Shown here one piece after another: positions 57,369 through 64,000 of a stretch of 64,000 bases of DNA (the first letter of the stretch is position 1; each line of letters opens with the position of its first letter). The DNA lies in assembly GCA_030430565.1 (NCBI GenBank), contig JAUIKS010000004.1, positions 269,992 to 333,991 on the forward strand, written 5' to 3'. The notes under the pieces are model-generated. The model was given only the letters and a program-made list of their open reading frames with translations, made no database searches and was not told the DNA's origin. Origin of the DNA: Polyangia bacterium (GTDB taxonomy: Bacteria > Myxococcota_A > Polyangia > Nannocystales > Nannocystaceae). Position numbers and translations under genes: made by a program.

Positions 57369-58619
57369 ATGAGTCGACGCCACGCTCGTGATACCGTCCC
57401 GAGCCGTGGCGCCTCTCGTTTCAGCAGGTCGCGGCGCGTGAACGTGCCCTCGGAGCGGCGACGCGGGGATCGACGAAAGAGCGATCGACGTCGCGTCAAC
57501 ACGCGGCGGATCCGGCCGACGTTCGCGCGCATCGACCACGGCGCGCTCGCGCACAACCTCCGAGTCGTCCAGCAGCGCGTCGGCGAGCGCTGTCGCGTGC
57601 TCGCGGTGGTCAAGGCGGACGGCTACGGCCACGGCGCGATCGAGTCGGCGCGCGCCTTCGTCGACGCCGGCGCGTGGGGGCTCGCGGTCAGCCTCGTCGA
57701 GGAGGGCGTCGAGCTGCGACAGGCCGGTGTGCACGCGCCGGTGCTCGTGCTCGGCGGTGTGCATCCCGGCTCCGAGGATGTCATCGTCCACCGCAGCCTC
57801 ACCCCGGTGGTCTGGGCGCCCGAGCACCTTCAGCTGCTCTCGGCTGCGGTCCGTCGCAGCGGCGCGACCCGGCTGCGCGTGCACGTCAAGATCGACAGCG
57901 GCATGTCGCGCCTCGGCCTGCGCCTCAGCGAGGTCAGCGCGTTGATCGACTGGCTCACGGGCGACGACGGGCGGGCGCTCGAGGTCGAGGGTCTCATGAC
58001 CCATCTCGCGTGCGCGGACGAACCGGACGACGCGGTCAGCCCCTCACAGATCGATCAGTTCAACACCGCCTCGCGGCTGTTCGCCAATCGCGGCATCCAC
58101 CCGCGGATCCGTCACGTCTGCAACAGCGCCGGTCTCGTTCGCCTGCCCGACGCCCACTTCGACATGGTGCGTCCCGGGATCGCGCTCTACGGCGCGGCCT
58201 CGAGTCGATTCGTCGAGCTGCCTGGACTTCGGATGGCGATGAGCTGGCACTCGCGCGTGCTCGGGATCCGCGAGATCCCTGCCGGCTCGCGCGTCTCCTA
58301 CGGCCACCGCGAACAGCTGACCCGCGACTCGCGGCTCGGCATCGTCCCGGTGGGCTACGCCGACGGCTACCCCCGCGGCATGTCCGGCCAGGCGGAGGTC
58401 TTGGTCCGTGGACACCGCTGCCGCGTCATCGGCAACATCACGATGGACACCTCGATGATCGACCTGACCGATCTACCAGGCGCCCGCGCGGGCGAGCGCG
58501 TGACGCTGCTCGGCCAGCAGGGCCGGCAGCGCGTCGACGCCTACGAGCTCGCCGACTGGGCCGGCGTGATCCCCTACGAGATCATGTGCGGGCTCTCGAA
58601 GCGAGTCCCGCGTCGTTAG
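57369..58619 (+). CDS. alr: Alanine racemase
   Basis: PLP-lysine motif AVVKADGYGHG and C-terminal MDTSMIDLTDLP...YEIMCGLS. The first about 25-45 codons are Arg-rich; the true start may be GTG at 57438. Confidence 0.85.
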   Translation: MSRRHARDTVPSRGASRFSRSRRVNVPSERRRGDRRKSDRRRVNTRRIRPTFARIDHGALAHNLRVVQQRVGERCRVLAVVKADGYGHGAIESARAFVDAGAWGLAVSLVEEGVELRQAGVHAPVLVLGGVHPGSEDVIVHRSLTPVVWAPEHLQLLSAAVRRSGATRLRVHVKIDSGMSRLGLRLSEVSALIDWLTGDDGRALEVEGLMTHLACADEPDDAVSPSQIDQFNTASRLFANRGIHPRIRHVCNSAGLVRLPDAHFDMVRPGIALYGAASSRFVELPGLRMAMSWHSRVLGIREIPAGSRVSYGHREQLTRDSRLGIVPVGYADGYPRGMSGQAEVLVRGHRCRVIGNITMDTSMIDLTDLPGARAGERVTLLGQQGRQRVDAYELADWAGVIPYEIMCGLSKRVPRR

Positions 58620-58630
58620 CCCCGGCGAGC

Positions 58631-59149
58631 TCAGTCGGCGTCCGAGCAGCCCTCGAGCTCGCCGGTGGCCGCGTTCGCGCCGGGGCACATCGCCGGATCA
58701 TTGTCGTCGGTCTCGGTCAGCCCGCCCACGGTGAAGCGGTCGAAGCCGTCGTCGTCGACGGACAGCGTCCCCGAGGAGAAGCAGTAGGTCACCCCGTCGA
58801 CCTCGATGATGCCCGTCACGTCGGTCGGCGTCGCGGCGCCGATGAGACCCTCCCACTGCAAGGTCGCGCTCCCCCCGTCCCAGCCGAGCACGAGCGAGGG
58901 GGGGTCGCTGACCTGGTTGAGCAGGCGCGCGCTCCGGGGCCCGCTCGAGCTGACCGCCGCGCCGTTGACGGTGCCGGAGACCGAGGTGTTCCCCGCGACG
59001 CACAGCTCTTCGCCGCCGGCGGTTGTACCCTCCGACTCGCTACCCGTCGCCGAGTCGCTCTCGCTCGTCGAGTCCGTGTCGCTCGCCGAGTCCCCGCAGC
59101 TAGCGAGGCAAAACAAAAGCGCGCAGCTCACCCCAAGTACTCTCGTCAT
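58631..59149 (-). CDS. Small lipoprotein (172 aa)
   Basis: MTRVLGVSCALLFCLASCG lipobox, a Ser/Asp/Thr-rich linker, and a short beta-rich domain. Confidence 0.55.
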   Translation of the reverse strand: MTRVLGVSCALLFCLASCGDSASDTDSTSESDSATGSESEGTTAGGEELCVAGNTSVSGTVNGAAVSSSGPRSARLLNQVSDPPSLVLGWDGGSATLQWEGLIGAATPTDVTGIIEVDGVTYCFSSGTLSVDDDGFDRFTVGGLTETDDNDPAMCPGANAATGELEGCSDAD

Positions 59150-59247
59150 CACGCGTCTCCTCCGCGCAGGCGGCTCTCCGCCTGCACGAGCTAGGACGCG
59201 GGAATCTCCTGTCCATTCAGACAGCTTTGACAAGGCGCGCGGGCGCG

Positions 59248-60399
59248 CTATTTCGTCTCGGGCTGGGGCGCGGCCCCGGCCGCCTCGGCGCCCGCCTCAC
59301 CGGCGGCGTCCGCCGCCGCGTCGCCGCCGGCCTCGGCCTTGCACTCCTCGGGGCCCACGTAGTCGGGGCTGCAGGGGTCGCTGATGCTCTGCGTCTCGGT
59401 CGCCTGCTTGCACTCCTCGGGCCCCACGTAGTCAGGGCTGCAGGGATCATTGATGCTCTGGGTCTCGACCTTGGTCGGGGCCTGGACCGCGCCGGTGCCC
59501 GACTTCTTCCAGTTGACGCGCAGCTTCGTGAAGGTCGTCGAGTTGCCGGTGTCGAAGGTCGTGTAGTCGGTGGAGCGCTCGCGCAGGTAGCCGTCGGCGG
59601 TCGCGAAGAGCGACATCGCCTTGCCCTCGCGCTTGACCTCGTGGCTGCCGGACTTGGCGGTTGTCGTCTCGGTCTCGGTCTCTTTGCCCTCGAGGCGCGC
59701 GACCTCGACGCCGCTCTCGTCGAGCTTGTACAGGCCCTCGACCGTGGTCGTCAGCGTGCCCACGACGTAGCGCCCGAGCTTGCCCTCGCGGCCCTTCTTC
59801 TTGTCCTCGTCCCAGCTCTCCCCGATCTTCAGCGGGCGATCCGGGACCTCGTAGAACGAGAACTCGAGGGCGTCGAGCGCCTGCTGGATCGCCATCGAGA
59901 GCTCCTGGGGGACGTCGGGGGGGATCTGCGGCATGTAGACGACCTTGCCGCTGTCGTCGACGTTGAAGCTGATCTCGGATCCGGTGAGGTTCTGCGTCGC
60001 GAAGGCCTTGACCTCCGAGACGCTGACCGGCGACGCGGGCGGCTGACCCCACACGATGTCGACGTTCGAGATCTTCGCGGTCAGCAGGTTGCCGCCGCGC
60101 TGGGGATCCTTGCCCTGGACCGTCAGCGCGACGTCGAACTTGATCGAGCGCGTGACGTTGGCCGGGAACGCGACGAACTGGATCGTCTCGCTGCGCTCGA
60201 CGTGGCCGCGGTACAGCTGCCCCGGCGTGAAGTCGTACTGCAGCGTGATGCCGGCGGCGGGCGCCTCGACCTTCGACATCGCGGGGCCGCGCTTGCAGCC
60301 GCTCGTGGCGAGACCGAGGAGCGGCGCGCTGGCGATGGCGAGGCCGCAGAGGAGCGTTCGAGTCACGCGGAGCAGCGAGGAGCCGTTCGAGGCGAGCAT
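59248..60399 (-). CDS. Lipoprotein (383 aa) with C-terminal 23-aa tandem duplication TQSI(N/S)DPCSPDYVGPEECK
   Basis: Lipobox LGLATSGC, globular middle domain, then two near-identical Cys-containing 23-aa repeats and an Ala/Glu-rich tail. Confidence 0.6.
   Translation of the reverse strand: MLASNGSSLLRVTRTLLCGLAIASAPLLGLATSGCKRGPAMSKVEAPAAGITLQYDFTPGQLYRGHVERSETIQFVAFPANVTRSIKFDVALTVQGKDPQRGGNLLTAKISNVDIVWGQPPASPVSVSEVKAFATQNLTGSEISFNVDDSGKVVYMPQIPPDVPQELSMAIQQALDALEFSFYEVPDRPLKIGESWDEDKKKGREGKLGRYVVGTLTTTVEGLYKLDESGVEVARLEGKETETETTTAKSGSHEVKREGKAMSLFATADGYLRERSTDYTTFDTGNSTTFTKLRVNWKKSGTGAVQAPTKVETQSINDPCSPDYVGPEECKQATETQSISDPCSPDYVGPEECKAEAGGDAAADAAGEAGAEAAGAAPQPETK
59338..59475 (-). repeat. 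69-bp tandem duplication (2 copies, about 88% identical)
   Basis: cttgcactcctcggggcccacgtagtcggggctgcaggggtcgctgatgctctgcgtctcggtcgcctg is followed at once by cttgcactcctcgggccccacgtagtcagggctgcagggatcattgatgctctgggtctcgac... Confidence 0.85.
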
Positions 60400-60440
60400 G
60401 GGCGGAGAGTACGCAAGGCCGCCCAGGCGCTCAAGTTTCG

Positions 60441-62078
60441 TCAGCTGCCGTTGGCGACCGGACGCGTCGTCGATCGAGGGATACGCGGGACACGCGGCGG
60501 AGGCGTGACGCGCGTGGTCGGTCCGGGCGTCGTGTTCGCCAGGTTCGGGGCAGGCGCCGCGCCGTCTGTATCGGTCGCGTCCGCGGCTGCGGCTGCTTCT
60601 TCGGCGGCGGCTGCCTCCGCCGCGGCCGCGCGGCGCTTCTCCGCCTCCTCGAGCTTGCGCTGCTCCTCCTCGCGGTCGGGCGGACCGGGGCGACGATCCT
60701 GCACGAAGCGCTCGCCCTCCGGGCGGCTCGAGTCACGGACGTGGACGACGACGCTGCGCTCTAGCTCCCCAGGGAGGTAGCCGGTCCAGCCGCTGTGCAT
60801 GGTCGGCGCGACCCACTCGAACACCCAGCGCGCGTCCTTGGGCGCCAGGTTGACGCAGCCGTGGCTCTTGCGCTTGCCGAATTGATCGTGCCAATAGGCG
60901 CCGTGCAGCGCGTTGTGGCCCTGGAACAGCAGCACCCAGGGCACGTGCTGGACCATGTAGGCGTTGTCCTCGTAGCCCTGGTTGTCCATGGTCAGCGTCG
61001 TGACCTTGGCCCAGATCGGGTAGTTGCCGCGCGGCGTCGGGCTGCCGCGCCCGCTCGAGATCAGCGTCGCGTAGACCGGATCCTCGCCGCGATACGCGAC
61101 CAGGACCTGCTCGCCGAGGTCGACGTCGATCCACTGATCGTTGCCGCGCTCACGCAGCCGGGTCTCGCCCAAGACGCCCTCCGGCGGCTCGAGCACGTGG
61201 ACCTCGTTGACGCGGCTGGCGTCGACCCAGCGCCCCTCGGCGATTTTGAGCCAGCGCTCGCGCGGCTTCTTCTTGCCGCGCAGGACCTTCGCGTCCGCCA
61301 GCGTCGCCTCGGCGTCCGGCGCGTCCTCCTCGACCTCGAGGATCCGGACCCGCGCGCGCCTCGGCAGGGTGTCGACCCGGTCGGAGGTCGCGTCGGGCTC
61401 TTGGTGCACCGGCGTCTTGTCCTTGAACACCCAGGCGAAGGCGGGCCCAGGCTCGGCGTTGCGCAGGTACACGCCGGACCACTTCGAGCCGTCGCCCATC
61501 CAGGCCGCGCCCTCGCGGGTCACGAGCGGCCCGTCGACGGTCTCGAAGTACTCGAGGCCCTCGTACTCAAACTGCCGGGTCGCCGCCAGCGTCATGCCCT
61601 TCTCGAGCGAGCGCGTGACCTCGCCGTTGTCGAGCGCCTCTTTATTGCGGTACATCGCCGCGCCGTCCTCGCGCACGACGATGTAGCGGTAGGGCAGGCG
61701 CTGGTCTTTCTCGACCTGCACGGCCGCGCCGTGCTCCGGCGGCTCGTCGCTCGGGCGCGCCTGCTCCGAGCAGACGTAGCCGAAGGGGTAGACGGCGTAC
61801 CAGGGCTTGCCGTGGCAGCCGCGCTTGTCACGGCTCTCGACGGTGCCCTTGACCAGCAGCCGCGTGCCCTTCGTGAGCGTGGCGAGCCGCTTGCCCGGCG
61901 CCCACGGGCGGGCGTGCAGCGAGGTCTCGAGCCAGCGCGCCTCGATGTACCGGAGGTCGGTCTCCTGGAGCGCCTGGAGCTCGATGGCCTGACCATCCTC
62001 CGCGGTCACCGGCTCGATGCTCTCGAGCGCGGCGACGGTCTGGAGCGTCATTATGACCGCTGCTGTTCCAAGCGCCAC
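60441..62078 (-). CDS. L,D-transpeptidase (YkuD domain) with N-terminal and charged C-terminal extensions (545 aa)
   Basis: Catalytic motif FGKRKSHGCVNLAPKDARWVFEWV (His/Cys of the YkuD fold). The C-terminus has an EEQRKLEEAEKRRAAAAEAAAAEE low-complexity region. Confidence 0.8.
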   Translation of the reverse strand: MALGTAAVIMTLQTVAALESIEPVTAEDGQAIELQALQETDLRYIEARWLETSLHARPWAPGKRLATLTKGTRLLVKGTVESRDKRGCHGKPWYAVYPFGYVCSEQARPSDEPPEHGAAVQVEKDQRLPYRYIVVREDGAAMYRNKEALDNGEVTRSLEKGMTLAATRQFEYEGLEYFETVDGPLVTREGAAWMGDGSKWSGVYLRNAEPGPAFAWVFKDKTPVHQEPDATSDRVDTLPRRARVRILEVEEDAPDAEATLADAKVLRGKKKPRERWLKIAEGRWVDASRVNEVHVLEPPEGVLGETRLRERGNDQWIDVDLGEQVLVAYRGEDPVYATLISSGRGSPTPRGNYPIWAKVTTLTMDNQGYEDNAYMVQHVPWVLLFQGHNALHGAYWHDQFGKRKSHGCVNLAPKDARWVFEWVAPTMHSGWTGYLPGELERSVVVHVRDSSRPEGERFVQDRRPGPPDREEEQRKLEEAEKRRAAAAEAAAAEEAAAAADATDTDGAAPAPNLANTTPGPTTRVTPPPRVPRIPRSTTRPVANGS

Positions 62079-62158
62079 GTCGTCACGCTACCACCGCGTC
62101 TGGGTGGTTCCAATTTCCTACGCCCGCGCGCCGTCAGTGATTCCAGCGCCGCGCCGCG

Positions 62159-63754
62159 TTATGAGCTCGGGACCACCGGCAGCCACCGCCGCGCGCGCGC
62201 GGCCTTGCCCTTGCGGCGCGCGCGGGCCTCCTCGTCGCCGAAGCGCAGCGGGCGATCGGTCGCGGGCGTCTCCGCGAACGCGCGCACCCAGTCGGCGTAG
62301 CGACCGCCGGCGCGCACGGCCTTGATCGCGGCGTGCCCGGCCTCGGGGCCACGCTGCGCCAGCAGGTACTCGACGTGGGCCCAGCGCGGCGACTGCGGGC
62401 GAATTTCAACCTGTCCTTTAAGACCCGCGCGGATCTTCTTGAGCCTGCGCTCGGCCTGCTTGACGCCGAAGAAGGGCTGGCCGTCGAGCGGTGTGTTGCG
62501 CTTGGCGACGAAGGTCGAGAAGGTCAGCACGATCCGCTGGATCTTGGCGAGCTCCAGCGCGAAGCGGATCAGCTCGTCGACGTCCTCGTCGGTCTCGCTC
62601 GGCGCGCCCATCATCTCGTAGATCTTCATGCGCGGGAACTTCTGGGCGCGGATCAGGCGGGCGGCCGTGAGCAGGTCCTCTTCCTTAATGCCGCGGTCTA
62701 GGACGTCGCGCATGCGCTGGCTGATCCCGTCGGAGGCGACGGTGATCGTCCGGTAGCCGCCGCGGCGCAGATCCTGGAGCAGCCGCGGCGTCAGGCGATC
62801 GGCGCGCAGGCTCGAGATGCCCACGCCGCGTCCCGAGTTGACGATCTCGGCGACCATCGGCTCGAGCTCCGGGTGGTCCGTGACGGCGGCGCCGACGAGG
62901 CCGACGCGGCGGGCCTCCTCGGGGATCAGCGAGAGCGGGCGCTCGCGTTTTAACAGCCGCATCCCGCCCACGACGTCGCGGCGCATCACGCAGAACGAGC
63001 AGCGCCGCGAGCAGCCGCGCTCGGGCTCGACCAGGAACATATCCGAGAGTTCGGTGTCGGGGCTCAGCAGCGCGGAGTAGGCCGGCAGCCGCTGCTTGCT
63101 GGCGACCGCCGGTCTGGGCAGCGGCGACCAGTGTCCGGGCGCGAGCTCGCCGGTGATCGTGTGGGGCAGCTCGGCCGCGCTCAGGATGGCGTCCTCGCGC
63201 CTGCGGGTGTCGAGCAGGCGCCGCAGCGCCTCGGGCAGCAGGTCCTCGGCCTCGCCGCAGATCAGGAGGTCGACGAAGGGGAGCAGCGCGCTGGGGTTGC
63301 TGAAGGTGAGCGGGCCGCCGGCGAGGATGATCGGATCCCGGGGGCCGCGATCGGCGGCGAGCAGCGGGATCCCGACGCCGTCGAGGAGGCGGATGACGCC
63401 CGCGAGCTCGAGCTCGTAGGCGACGGAGAGCGCGATGACGCGGTAGTCCGAGAGCGGGCGCTCTGTCTCATAGGACAGCACGCGACGGCGCGGCTGCGGC
63501 CACTGAAGCGAGGTCGGCTCCCAGGCGTCGGGCAGGAACGCTCGATGGGCGGTGATGCCCTCATCCTCGTTGAGCTGACGGTACAGCGTCTGAAACCCAA
63601 GGCTCGACATCCCGGCGCGGTACGGGCTGGGGTAGGTGAGCACCACGTCTGCCGGTCGCCCGAGCGGCGAGGGGCCGCGCTCACGGGACCGGCGGTGTCG
63701 CAGGAGCTCGAGCTCGTCACCGCGTGTGGTCGCGTGCCTCGGCATCTTCGCCAC
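62159..63754 (-). CDS. B12-binding domain radical SAM protein (531 aa)
   Basis: N-terminal cobalamin-binding-like region (VVLTYPSPY...MSSLGFQTLY...ILAGGPLTFSNP) followed by a radical SAM CX3CX2C (ERGCSRRCSFCV). Confidence 0.8.
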   Translation of the reverse strand: MAKMPRHATTRGDELELLRHRRSRERGPSPLGRPADVVLTYPSPYRAGMSSLGFQTLYRQLNEDEGITAHRAFLPDAWEPTSLQWPQPRRRVLSYETERPLSDYRVIALSVAYELELAGVIRLLDGVGIPLLAADRGPRDPIILAGGPLTFSNPSALLPFVDLLICGEAEDLLPEALRRLLDTRRREDAILSAAELPHTITGELAPGHWSPLPRPAVASKQRLPAYSALLSPDTELSDMFLVEPERGCSRRCSFCVMRRDVVGGMRLLKRERPLSLIPEEARRVGLVGAAVTDHPELEPMVAEIVNSGRGVGISSLRADRLTPRLLQDLRRGGYRTITVASDGISQRMRDVLDRGIKEEDLLTAARLIRAQKFPRMKIYEMMGAPSETDEDVDELIRFALELAKIQRIVLTFSTFVAKRNTPLDGQPFFGVKQAERRLKKIRAGLKGQVEIRPQSPRWAHVEYLLAQRGPEAGHAAIKAVRAGGRYADWVRAFAETPATDRPLRFGDEEARARRKGKAARARRWLPVVPSS

Positions 63755-63856
63755 AACCTACAGCATCTCGCGTCACATAAAAAAACGACGACCCGCGGAG
63801 GCGGGCCGTCGAAGGACTTCGATGCTCGTGGATGGAATTCTGGTTCGAGGAGCCTC

Positions 63857-64000
63857 CTAGAAGCGGAGGCTGAGGGACGCGGACGCGCCGCCACGCGAGG
63901 GCGCGAGGCCGAGGCCGGTGAGCTGGACCTTGCCGTCCTTGTCGGCGTAGTGGCCCTTGCCCTTCTTCTTATTGATCACGTCGACGACGATCAGCGCGAT
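63857..64000 (-). CDS. Partial CDS (3' end), probable outer-membrane beta-barrel protein; gene starts beyond the window end
   Basis: Minus-strand frame ...IALIVVDVINKKKGKGHYADKDGKVQLTGLGLAPSRGGASASLSLRF* ends in an aromatic residue (Phe) with an alternating pattern, typical of OMP C-termini. Confidence 0.35.
   Translation of the reverse strand: MALIVVDVINKKKGKGHYADKDGKVQLTGLGLAPSRGGASASLSLRF

Overview
This is a chromosomal segment of about 70% GC. A lipoprotein carrying Myxococcus-type cysteine-rich repeats points to a myxobacterial (Myxococcota) origin. I support roughly 45 genes on both strands, with no transposases, integrases, phage genes or CRISPR arrays. Gene calls were made from frame-specific GC3 bias and motif recognition; many long ORFs in the track are Arg-rich antisense shadows and were discarded. 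The window is dominated by signalling and envelope genes: four Ser/Thr kinases (one fused to WD40 repeats, one giant with a FG-GAP/TPR region, one pseudokinase), three histidine kinases, an ECF sigma factor, a BlaI/BlaR1-type pair, an FHA protein, and at least ten lipoproteins or secreted Cys-rich proteins, several with internal tandem repeats. Housekeeping genes (lhr, tRNA-Thr, lepB, thiS-thiG-thiE, a Crp/Fnr regulator, alr, an L,D-transpeptidase, a B12-binding radical SAM enzyme) are scattered through the window, most of them in the last 11 kb. The two best candidates for an undescribed system are below. 1. Positions 1414-7744: a membrane-anchored CHAT (caspase-like) protease with an extracytoplasmic Cys-rich tail, translationally coupled to a 960-aa secreted protein with a beta-barrel-like C-terminus and a Cys-rich lipoprotein. 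2. Positions 23574-26971: a radical SAM/SPASM maturase with no small precursor gene, overlap-coupled (GTGA) to a Cys-free 441-aa protein bearing a perfect (SAQK)7 tandem array, next to an ECF sigma factor, an active WD40 kinase and a divergent pseudokinase. A conserved but poorly understood DUF2760 + paired Hsp70-like module (StkA/StkB-like) is also present at 45511-50829.
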